Assembly (NCBI GenBank): GCA_040357565.1
Contig: JBDODJ010000048.1
Length of the DNA: 64,000 nucleotides
Source of the DNA: Cercozoa sp. M6MM
Lineage: Eukaryota > Protista > Endomyxa: Ascetosporea
Strand: one strand, 5' to 3'
In this document: positions 11,369-24,000 of the stretch, piece by piece
Numbering within the stretch: the first letter of the stretch is position 1
How the letters are laid out: every line of letters begins with the position of its first letter
Position numbers and translations under genes: made by a program
The notes under the pieces: generated by a model
Told to the model about the DNA's origin: nothing
The model's input: only the letters and a program-made list of their open reading frames with translations
Database searches by the model: none

Positions 11369-14300
11369 ATGAACTGGCTCGTTTTTGCGCTGCTCTTGCG
11401 TGCTGCTCGTGGAGCGATGATGTCGACTGATTTCTCTGCCGTTGTCAAGTAAGTTTAGGTTTTCAGTTAAATGAACTAGTTTTAGAGTACATTACAGTAA
11501 ACTCTCGTTTGTTCTTAGTGCACCGGACAATGGCCGCGCACCGCAAGTTGTTGTATTCTCTACCAAGATCACGCGTGAGGTACGTCACACGGAGTAATAC
11601 GGAGGCCGTGAATACCACCTTAATGACTGTGCAGTCAACCCCTCCTCCAATCACGACCACTGCGTCCACAACAACGATGAGTACAACAACTGCTTCTGCA
11701 ACAACCCCATTCCCTCCTACAACAACACCAATGCCCACGACGACACCCACACCTGACCCGATGACGCGTATGGTGGAACTGAGACTCGTTCGTGGCACAA
11801 ACTGCGCACAGAACCAATTCAAAAGCGTGTCGGCGTCGGTAAGTATGCAGTAGCAATGGTAAAATTAATTGATGCTGAGAGGCAGTTTAATTCGTTTTAG
11901 GTGTCAAACATGATGTTCTTCTCCTCAAAAGGCAGCTCTGTTGCTTGGGCACACATGTTTCAGGTAAGTTTGTCTTTGTCCGTTAAAGAAAGCTAAGTTT
12001 CACTGGGGTACGCATACAATTTTAAATGATGCCCAGACCCCAGAGGCGACACTGATCACAATTTGCGTGCTAGTTGACATGCTTGTGGCAGGAATGACGT
12101 CGTTTACGACCCCGCCTCTTTTGGTACAAGTTCTGGGCCAAGTACGGATTCGTAGAGAAACTCTCGCCTGTGGATTACACGTGATCGGTTTCGTCGTAGA
12201 AAGTGTCGCAATTGTTGACGCCTGAGGTGTCACCGACCAAAGTGACCTTCAATCTGACAGTGGAGAACTTCGCTTCTTCCATGGCCATACGACAAGACAT
12301 TGGCAACCTGCGGTTGTAAGTAACACTAAAATTATCTTTGACTTGCATACATAGTGCACCTGGGTGTGTTCAAAGGTGGGCACACTGTTCCATCCCACCG
12401 CTTATTGCAAGCGAAACAATCCACATGGCGGCTTTGTCGATGTGCCTTCCACAAAACCCATCGAGCACTGATCTCAAAGTGTTCCGCGACCCTCCCATTC
12501 GTAACATTCTGCAAGTAAAACCTACGACACCAAAAATGAAAAAGGCACTCGTTTTCTCGATACGGATTGGGCTTCGTTTCTGTTTGCAGAGGCAGTCGCA
12601 GCGAGGTTGTGTGCCTTTGACAGTATGACTGGCATGTGCCGCACGGGTACTGTCTCCTCCGTGTCACTCGGAAGTGCGCGTCTGCCACGCCGCGCGTCAT
12701 ACGACATTGTCTCTTTTTGATACAAATACTCGCAGAAGCTGCTTATACAGGTGGTTTTTGCAGTTGTTTGCGACGGGGAATGCGCGATACATCAAAGCTG
12801 AGACTTTGCGAAAGTCGCTAGAAAAACAGGCGTTCCCACTGAGTACAGTTTCGCACTTTAGCTCTTAGGTTGCTACGGAACGGGAAGCCAACTGACATAC
12901 GATTTTGTGATGCGATGTGTCAACGTAGGCAATCAAAACCGACGCCTTCCGATGCTGTCTGCTCTCTCGGTGAGTGATGCAACGACCCTGCAAATCAAGT
13001 AAGTCACACCAGCAACTAAGAACAGCTTGTGAGTCGTGGTGCTCAACCTTAATTGTAAGATAGGAGACTGGCGCGTGCGAATCCTCCTTTCACCGAGTCG
13101 ACGCTCATGCTCGCACCGAGCGACATTGACAGTCTCCGCGCCGGAAACGGAACGCTAGACGTCGTGTTTCGGCTGTCAACTCCACTCCCTCCTCAGGTAG
13201 GGAGTTCACATTTTATACTCGGAACTCATGTCTGTAATCTCACAGAGCGTGCTCTTGGTGGCACTGGACATATCGATCTGGCGCGTCAACAACGACATGT
13301 CGCTGCAGACCATCATGAGCAACATGAGTTGGACACTCACTGCAGATCCACCAGGCATGCTCAGTAGTGCCATCATGCCACGCTTTTGGGTACGTAGAAC
13401 ACTTCACAGAGGCTTGTAAACGCTGAAAGACTGGGTAAAATAGGACACAAGGCTGCTCGACATGTCATCTGCAGCGGCACTGTTTCCGCGCTTTATTGAC
13501 CGTGCTTTGTCTGTTGAACTTCTTTTGAGACTCAGTGCAACGTTGCATCTGTTCAGAGGGCACCCGACCCGTGCCGACTGACAAACCGTTTGAACAGCTT
13601 CGGTGTATGACACAGCTTACATCTCTCGCCAACTGCACAGCACGCGTGTTATCCCGTCTTTCAATCAGCAGTGAGGCGTCCTCTGACGCCCGGACTGTCG
13701 TCAGGAGGAACACAAGACCGTGGCTACTTCTTCCGCTTCGAGGTAGAGAGAAATCATGACGGACTTTGTGGATTGACCTAGTATACGTTATCGTGATGAC
13801 AGGGCACAACGCTGCCGCCCACCGGAGTTGCATTACGACTTCGACTGGTACTGTGCTGGGTCTGTACTACACCACATTTAACACAACTCGCCGCAGTATA
13901 ACGTCGCCCTTCGAAACGCAATGACGATGCCATCAGACCTCATCAATCGACCGCGTCATCTAGTCGCTTTGCGCACTCTCACACCAGAGGTAAGATTTAC
14001 CGTACGTTCAAGAGGCAATCAATAACTTACAAATGTAAATTGACTCCGTTCGTTGCAGACAAACGCACTGGGCAACGGAAACGCCGTCGTATTGGACGCG
14101 GGCATTGCGCAGACTGCTGTGGTATCAATAGTTTTCTTTAACCACAACAGATTTCAAATGGCGCACAACAGTTTTGTCCCTTCGTTGAATAAATTTAGGT
14201 GAGAAAAATCGTGTCATGCGATGTTTTCGTCGATGGTGGGGGTCGCACTATCGTCAGTGGTCCTGGCTGTACCCTGAATGAACATGTGAGTCTTTTACGA

Positions 14301-17300
14301 GAGCAACATAATATTGCTGCTGCATATGCAGTGAGTGCATCGGCGTTGGCGCGAAGAGTGCGCATCAGAATGCCCGTAAGGCATCATCCAGAAGTGTATC
14401 AATCTGTTAATTATAGTTAGTGTTGTCAGGTGACGCAATCGAGTGCACAAAGACTACAGATTTCGCTAATGGCATCCACTGTACTGAGTTCTTTTGAAAT
14501 TGGACTACGCGTGTGCGTGGTGCGCGTATTCGTGTTCACACAGGGAGCACCAACGCTATCGTTCTCGCGCGGAGTGGTGCTCATGCCAAGTGGAACCAGT
14601 GGTTGCTCTTCGCGCTCCATCAGCGGCGCCTCGGTACCTTGTGTGTATCGGCGTGTGCTTCGAGCACGAATGTAAATGTAAATCTAGTTGACCAACGGTG
14701 GAACGACGCTGATTTGGACCACGAGCAGTCTGACAGTTGGGATGTCGGTGGAAGTGTGCGTGGAGATTCTACCAACCCCTGGCACATCGGGTGAGACGAA
14801 TTTCAACGTACGCACCACCTTGCGATCAGGTGAGGCGCTCGACGAGGTACTTTGCAAGTCTCCAACTTTATAGCAGCATGCAAACAAGCGTCCCTTGTGC
14901 AGTGTATCCGACCCCGAGCAATATCTACCGTGCGCGCGATTTCTTTCGTACCTTCGCTCTTTTCTACAGTTTGGTTTAAGAAAAAGAGATATACGCTGTA
15001 CTGGCAGGTACGGCCAGTGGACCCGCCCTTTTTATCTCAACTGTCGACAACAGACACACGTGTGGCCACAGAGGTATTCTTCGTGTAGAAGATAGATGTC
15101 TGTTAGCAGCGCGTTGAGTATATCAGTATAGACACTACGAGTTCGATTTCGATTGGGTGCGGGTGCACGGCGCGAGTTATCAGCAGGCGCACGTGCCACA
15201 CTCGTGTCCGACCGAGCAGGATTGAGTGGCAGTCGAGTTATCATAGCACAACCAAGTGTACCTGTGAATTTCCTGCTACTTATTTAATTGCACGACATTG
15301 TGTTTCGCAGGTGATCACGGTGTCTTCAAGCACGACGGATTCGACCGTGTTTAGTGCCGAATTTGTTCTGCGCAACAACAGCAATCCTGTGCTGCAATGG
15401 TATCTCACTTGCGTGCGTGCAGGTGCCAGGTCTACACGAGCGGATGTGATTTTGTTTTGTGTGCAGTGTTCAACCGCAGTGTAGCCGGTCGACACCGACA
15501 CTAACCTTCATGCTGCTGCGTAAATTCACAGTGATCCTTTTTTGTAAGTCCCAACGTAATCAATCCATCATGGTAGTGACACGTGCGGATACGGGTGCTT
15601 CGGTGAGTGAGGGCGTTCTCACGCTACCCGTGAACCCAGTGTATTGAAATTATCTACTACTGTCTCATACTTCACAGTGTTGTAGTACGTGTTATGATTG
15701 TACAGCAACACCCGACCAAGTGTCAGCCTCGTGCCGGCCTCTGTCACTGTAATTTAGGACCACTCACTTATTGTCAGTATCGGTAGTATAGTGTTACGTG
15801 TCTAGCTGGGTGCCAACACATTGACGGTGTCAGTGGAAACCTCACCTGCAGCAGGTATAGGACGAATTTGTACCACGCGTATGCTCGTGTAGCCTCTTGT
15901 TTCTGACAGGTCTGCCACCCGACACACAATCGAGCATTCGGCAACTCTTCTGGCAGGTGATTCCCACTGTAATCGACGGTCAACCTCGAAACCAGAACGT
16001 GCGACCGTTCTTTGTCGATGCACGAAACGACCTTGGTGTACAAACTATATAACCTCTGGCCAATCACGCACACCCTTCTTATCGACGCGGATGAGACCTA
16101 ATCGTAGGTACCTCACGTCGACCCCATCGCTGGCGTGTCGCCGCTCTTTGGCTTCGCTCCACTGACATCTACTACGGCCAACCGTACTTTCGAAAACTGC
16201 TCCCCCCTGTGGAGCCTGTAGTGTCTACTGTTCGTGTCTACGAGACGTATTTTTGCACAGCCATCGGTGCTGTTCTTCGTCGTGCTGCAAGCGACGAGGA
16301 CGCAGGTTGGTGTCCCCTTGAAAGTAGCAATCGCTCCACATTTGTTCAAGCAACATTTTTGCGTAGGCCGAATTCGCATGTCACGTGCTAGCCCTCACGA
16401 AGGTACATTGCTCCGTGTCAGCGAAACACATTGCTAAATTTCTCCATACACAGGCTTGTTTGACATCCTGCTGCCCGAAACAACTCCGCGCGTCTTTACT
16501 TTTGAAATTCAAAACCTGTACTTAACTTCAACACAACTACAGAAAACATGACTTTTGTAAATTGATCTCGGCCCCCAGGCGTCCAAGTTCGCGTTTCGTT
16601 GTTGCACTCGTCGTGCTCGACGGTCAGACGGTGAGGGACCAATTTGTACATGTATGTGGACACGATGGCCCAGCGTTGCGTACAGGCACCACGGACTAGT
16701 GAGGTCTCGAGTGCCGTCCTTTCGACTCTTGCGATCGATGTGCGTCCACCGCAAGTGACTCTGCTGCTGCAGTCAGGCAATTTGATCCAACAAAAAGGGA
16801 GGGCGCTGACTGACGCACCGGCACGAGTAATTTACTTTTTCGTAATGATAATAATAAAGGGTACACGGGCCCTTTTGCGTGTTTAGACCAACAGTTCCGT
16901 GCGTGTCCACGTGACGACCGATGAGCCTGCGGATTTGTTCTACATCGCTACTGACTTTGATGCACTTGTCGAGGTACTCTGTTTGTAGCGCTGAAAGTGC
17001 GTGCATGCATCCTTGCAGGTGGACATCGGCACCATCCTGCAAGTGTCGGCACCAACCCAAAATGCGTCGACAGGGCCGAATACGGCGCTGTTTCAGTGTG
17101 CGCAGTTGCCTCAGAACCGGAGTACCAACGCGACCAACGCCACGTCGAATGCCACGACGAGTCTCTTTTCCGTCAATTCGACGTTGCCCGATGGTAAGTG
17201 GCTTGACAAGTCACCAAGCTGCACAGTGGTGCACGTTTGTATAGGCATCGTGGCAGCTGGAGTGATGCAGAACCTACTGCCAGGGGTCGATAATATTGTA

Positions 17301-19683
17301 CGATATTTTCAGATGAACTAAAGTGAGGATATGCAACATAAAGTGATGTAAATAGATCAACGTACCACTGCAAGCTTCACCACTGCGCGATGCAGAACTC
17401 TTCTTTGTCGCACGTGATTGTCAACAGAATTTGCGCAGCAACATGGACAGGTAGACTCTCCTGAACCAGTCCGACACAGTAAACACTAACCGATGTGCAC
17501 GTGCGCAGTGGTCCTTTTTACATCCCTCGAGCGAGAGACATGGCGTCTCCCATGATCCTGCAGACACGTGCACAGATCATTGACGGCGAAGGATTCGTCA
17601 CCCTCTTCATGGACGAGTGCGTTGCATTCATTCGATAGAAGCTAGGACACTTAAAGTGAGTACTCACACAGGGAAAGCGAGGTTTGGTGGTTACTCGTTT
17701 GGGGAGATCGTAACACTGCCGCACGATACGTGCGTCCTGGTAGCGCGCTAATCTTTGATTTGTACTCTTACGGATATGAACATGCTTTTACAAAAAACAC
17801 ATTGTTTTGTGCTTTTTGTACGATGTAGGCGGCAGATTCGCCGACAGAAACGCACTGCTGCGTGACACAGTGGAAGTGCTTCTGGCCAGACAAACAGGCG
17901 GAAGCGACAACGGGATGCCGTCGGATGCGCGTAACGCTGCCGACGACACTGAGGTACAACGGAACCGTGAATGACTCGCACATTTTGCGATAATCTCAAA
18001 TCTGACAGAACGACGAAGACGTGCTTCAATTCGGTTCCTTCTTCGCTGCACGCCAACTCTTGAGTAATAGAATTTTACGCTTGTTTTGTCACATGATAGA
18101 TAACCTTCCGTAGGCACGGGCAGTCGCATCGTGGTGTCCCAACTACGTCCTCGAACAACTTACACTCTCCTTGTGTATGCGGAAGACAACGTCTTACCGC
18201 GCAATGTCTATACGCTCAGGGAGATTGAGAGACGTTCAGTTGAAGTACAGGGGACTTTGCTCACATGATTTCCGGCACTATTTCTCTCCCATGAATAGGT
18301 TGGCGGCGGGGAACCTAAGCTGCGCCCCTCCTCGGTTCTGCGACTGAAAGGCAATTCTAAGGTAACTTATCACTGTTGCGCCGTTGACCATAGCTCAGAG
18401 GTGTACTCGCAATACTGCAACAAACAGAACCAAGACTGGAGTGCCACTAAAACTGTGAAGTTGGATCCTCCCCTCCCTTTCGGAGGTGCATACGTTCGTC
18501 TATCACTCGACAGCCAGTGTGCTGCTTTCGTTCAACGTCACCCACCTGCCAGGGTAAGTAATTGAATATGTAAAACAAATGCTCCCCCGGTAGGCGTTGT
18601 CACCCTCTTCTACGTTACAGGTCAATGCGGATGGCACCGAGGCAACATTGACAGGTCTGGATCAGTTGGATGCGGTCGAGCATTTTGTGTGTTTGGCACT
18701 GTCGCCCGATGGGCCCTACGTCCGACAAACCAGTGCACACTTCCGCATACATCGGTACGCATCCTACTCGGAGAGAAAATTGATTTTCTGTTGATGTGTT
18801 GAATAACACATACAGATGGTACCACCCGTACGATCTGTCGTGGGTGGCCATTCTATGCCTCGTGCTGCTGTACTTGCTCCTGTTGCTCTTCTTTTTGCGA
18901 CAACGAGAACGTATTCAAGCCGAGCTGTATGCCGGCACTTTTGCTGTGGCCTACCTCCGACGTACTTTTCTTCTTACCGTGCCCAGCATCTGCACTGAAT
19001 GGTTCACATGCGGCAGGTTTTGGTCGCTCAGCGGCTCTCGCAAAAGCAGCTGCGTTTGTCCAACGTCTGCGACGGCCATTAGAATCTTCTCAAGCTCATG
19101 ATCTCGCCTATGCCTTGGTATATGCTCTCTTTTAACCCCTGACTGATTTAATGATAAGGTGCCTTTGACCACCTGCAATTAAAACAGGAGGCGCGTCTGG
19201 CAGCTGAAATGGACAAAATCGCCTTTACACTGACCGATGAACAATTTGCGAGAGTGATCCAGCTGTTGGAAACCGACCAGGACCTCGTATTTCGGTTTTG
19301 TCCCACCAGTACTCTTACCGTACGGCTTTGATGACTGTTTTGCAGATACGACGCACGAACGGCGAGCCGGACCCAGACTTTGACATTGCGCGCACACCGT
19401 GGTACATCGCTTGCTTTGCAGGTTTCATGGCTTGGTGTCACACTCTCTGCCGACGTCGTCGTACTCCTGAAAGCGACACTGGCAACAGGCAGCTGCCAAC
19501 TCCAGCGCCAGTAGAATCTCTACCTGTAAAAAAAAACTCTGTACACGCGATGAATGAAGCATTACGTACGTTGTTCTGTAGCCCGATCAGCGCAGAAAAC
19601 GTCTGAAAAAGGCACTTAAGAATGCCGTAAAGCAACAACACAAAAAGCGCTTGAAGAAGCAAAACAAAGCGAAAACTGAATGA
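11369..19683 (+). CDS. Very large type-I membrane protein: signal peptide, Thr-rich mucin-like stretch, many beta-rich (Ig/FN3-like) modules, one TM helix, cytoplasmic ET-like domain and Lys-rich tail
   Basis: Starts MNWLVFALLLRAARG. Thr/Pro-rich exon at 11635-11760; FN3-like LRPRTTYTLLVYAEDN near 18145; TM segment SWVAILCLVLLYLLLLLFFLRQR at 18838-18906; last exon PDQRRKRLKKALKNAVKQQHKKRLKKQNKAKTE*. Not every internal exon was traced, so it could be more than one gene. Confidence 0.55.
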
Positions 19684-19936
19684 ATTCTGTCCTCGCCTCG
19701 CTCGCTCCGGGCAGCGCAACGACCCCGCCGCTAGCGTAGCGTAATATAGAGTTGATTAGCATTGTACAGTAATCCCTCGATGGATGGTACTCAGCTCGGC
19801 ACTGCATACGGTAGCACCGTACCTACCGACGTCGATAGCGTGCGGCATCGTATGATCGGACCATGGGATATTATAATATATCTTCGGTTAGTAATCACTT
19901 CATAGACAGCCAACGGTTCCGCTGACTTCCGTTTGC

Positions 19937-20973
19937 TTACTCGCTGTCCTCGTCGCTCTCGGCAGGCGGCAGCACACGCAGCTTGACGCTCTCGTCGACA
20001 TCGGCACCAAGGAAGGAATCGCACATCAAGTAGACCTGTGGCATAAGAAAATGTTCCGCGTACTGATCAGGAAGGACAGGGATGTGTGAGAAAATGCCGT
20101 TACCTTAAGGTTGTACTTGCCCTCCTGCTCAGGTGCTTCGAACGGCACCTTGACGCGCATCGGGTTTGAACGGAAAGCGACCTTCTTGACGGCAAGCAGC
20201 GCGTTGCTGTACAACAACGGATACATGGTGCAAGATGACTGACAGACGCACGGCCACAGAACAGATATAGAAACGAGTACGTCTTGGTGTCGCCAACCAC
20301 AACGTACCAACCTAAACACATACACGCACACACATACCACATACATACATACACACACGACATGTACAACGTAGAAAAGAGATGGCTTAAAGTACTCTCG
20401 CGGTGCTCTCGCGGGAAGCGCGGTGCGTGCACCACAGGCGGCTGCATTGGACGCGGACCCTCTGCACACGCAGATACACAAAATGTGAGGTCGTTTGAGA
20501 CAACACTAAATGCTGGCGAATACACAACATGCTACCACGCTCTTCGCCCTCATCCTCGTCCTCTTCCTCCTCATCATCACGCGACAGGATGCACTGCAGC
20601 ACGCAGTCCTCACCTGCAACACAGCATGCCATCACAGGAACTTTCTGGTTCGATACTTCAATGCAGTGCATGTACCAGCAGGCACTTCGTCATCGGCAAG
20701 TCGGCATTGGAGTTCCACCTGTGTTCACAAAACAGGTTATGACAGGGGTAAATGACACGAAGACAACGAAGGAGGATTACGTTCGGGAACGAGTTACAGA
20801 CTTCGGCCACCTGCTCGATCTGCTGCTCGGACAAACTGCAGCACACAGAACCACACATACACCGACACAAAAATACAATGGACATTCAACATGGGCAAGG
20901 TACTCGGAGAGCACTTGGTCGCGCTCGTCGTCCTTTTCCTGTAAACGTCATCAGTACAAACATCGTGTGCGTG

Positions 20974-21018
<45 letters not shown>

Positions 21019-24000
21019 GTGTGTACCAGCAGGTCGAAGACGCCCTTGATACCGAGCTTGGTGGCACGAGCAGCACTGTGACACACAGGGAGTCAAGAGA
21101 GTCAAGTCATGATGCTAACGAAGCCATCGCCTACCGCTCCTTGTCGAAGTACGGCAGCTGCAGGAGCGGCGAGTCCGTGTCCCACTGGCCCTGCGGTCAA
21201 GCAATGACACACACGCACATCAAACAGCAAGGTAGCGGTGACGACAATAGGTAGGTGTGACACAGGAGAAAGAGTACCTGGATGAGCATCTGCATCATCT
21301 CAATTGTTGCCAGCGCCGGAGTCAACCAGCCTACATGACATGCATACATAAGTGCACCAATGTACACACTGGTACGAAGGAAGAGGTTACCGTTCGACGA
21401 CAGGACGTTCACCATAGCATCCAACAAGAGCACCGCACGTTCAACGATGTCCTCTCTGTACGAACAAAACATATTACGCATACATGCATGCAAGCAAGGG
21501 TCTGAAAGGGGCTACCGCTGACGCGAGGCGGCGCGACGCAGGCCGATACGCGACATGTGCGACTGCAGCAGCACGTTCACCTGCAGCGGCACCAGGTCGG
21601 CCTGCTCCTTCTCCTTGGCGTCGAGACCAGCGACTCGGTGCGGCTGTACACACACACATACACACACAATGACCCAGCGCAGGGGGGCGGGGGGGGGGTG
21701 ACACGGCAGAGAGAACAACACAGTCAGCAGAGAGCACAACACAGTCAGCAGAGAGCACAACGCACCAGGTGCTTGGCCAGCTTGCGCAGGGCGATACGCA
21801 GCTGCTTGGCCGGATCCTCCTCGTCGTCGGCCTTGTCGCCCAACAACTTGGCGCGGTCGCTGTCACCCTGCACTCGACACATACAGAGTGCGTGACACAA
21901 CACAAGACAGAAAGGCACACCACAGAAGAAACAGGGACAGAGACAGGAACAAGGACAAGGACAGGGACAGGGACACACCGTGTCGAGAAGCGACTCAAAG
22001 TCGGCGGCGCAGGACAGCACCTGCAGGATGCCGCGCAGCTTCTGCGTCGGCTGCAGCAGCTCGTCAAAGGCTTCGATGGTCTCGTACGACACACCAAAGT
22101 TGTTCGAGATACGGCCTATTGAGGCGACACTCACATCATGCCCAAACACTCCGTCCGTCCATCCGAGAACACAGTGGGGGTGTACCGAGGTTGAGCGGCT
22201 CAATGCGTTCCTCGGCCTCTTCATCCTCCTGCAGACGAAAGTCATGTCAATCCAAGTCAGCAGTGTGACACAAAAACAGAATGCGCACCATGGCATCCTC
22301 GTCGGCACGGATGTCGATGCACTTGGCCTCCTGCAGTTCCTCGAGTGTCTGCTGCACCAGTTCCGACAGGTGCATCGACACAACCTCTACGCAAAAGCCA
22401 GACTCAGCCGATACTTTTGGACCAGTGTGTCCACATACAGATACAGACACAGACACAAGTGTACCCGGCTGTCGGCCAGCGAGGTGGTAGTAGTTCGGGT
22501 TGCGCGGCAGACGCGTGAACAAGAATGACCAGGTCTACCGTACCCTCTCCCCGTAACACACACACACACACACACACCCACCCACCCACACCCACCCACA
22601 CGCACAGTCAGCACAACAAGAAGCGAAAGCTACCAACAGGTTGACGGCATCCTGCATGCTCTCCAAAGTGCCGGCACACACCTCAGACAGGAAGTAGTCG
22701 TGCAGCGCCTGCGGCAGCGAGCTCTCCACCGGCACAACCTGCTCTCACAGAGTGCCTACAGCAGTCGCTCAGATCTGTAACACGCATGGTACCGGCTTCT
22801 GCATGAACTGCGCCAGCAACTCACGCAGCGACGGCGAGCACAGCACCTGCGCTCCCATAACACCCACACACATACACCGACAAGTCACATATGCACACAT
22901 ACACCGACAAGTCACATGTGAGTTGTACCGAGGCCGCCGACTGGGCACGACCCTACACGCTCACACGTACACACAGATACCACAAGGTGGACAGCACAGG
23001 AAAACGATGTACCAGCATGCGGGCGACGTGCGCCAGCGCGAGTCGCAGCGAGGCACCACCGTCACTCAGCACCACCACAGCCTGAGCCACCAAACAGCGC
23101 ACACTCAGGAGTCGGATAGGAGACGAGGCAGGCTCGTACCTGGTCAGCACGCAGGTCGTACGGCAGCTCGTGCGAGGCGTCGAATTCGACGGCGAGCACG
23201 CGCACGCGGCGACGGAAGAACAGGGCCACCAGGCGGTCCTTGTCTGTGCAAGACATCCCGTAGACCCAGTGTCACCCTCCCGCAATGACACACACACGCG
23301 CACGCGCGTGCGGAAGGGAGGGCCTACCAAGCTGCACCATGTCGTGCGTCCAGCACGCGGCACCACAACGAGCGTACTAAAACAGTATCAGGCGATCAAG
23401 GAAGGGACAAACAGCGTCAACACAGACGCACATCTTGCATAGTGCAGGTACCTGCAGGGACAGGTCGTCACTCTCGTTGTACAGGGCCTGGAGCGACGGG
23501 TCCTTCTCGATCTCCTCGTCCGACGCACCGCCGAATCGCTACATTCCGCCATCGCCATAATTTATCACGCGTACCTTTCTACTTCTCTTCAAGGTGGCAA
23601 GAGTACCTGCGGGTCGTCGTCGCGAATGGCGCGAGCCACGAACTGCTTGGCCACGCGGCGTGCCATGGCACCTGTTCCACGACACATATAGCCATAGATA
23701 CAAGGGAACATTGTGTCGCTGAGGGTGACATAGGCGAACGCACCAGTCGGCACGAACACCAGCAGCGTCGGCGCCGGCTTCTTGCCGTCACTCTCCGGAA
23801 CCTGTACCAGCACAGAAACAAGCTCACATACATATACAACAGCTTCCGTGTCCAGAGGAAACACACCAGCTCATCGGCCTGTCGCAGCAGGGTGGCCACC
23901 ATGGCACCACGACGCGCCTGTCCAACATAGCTCGTTACGTACATGCACGCGCACACATTGATATCTATGTAGAGCAGGGTATACGCGAGTGCTCATCTGC

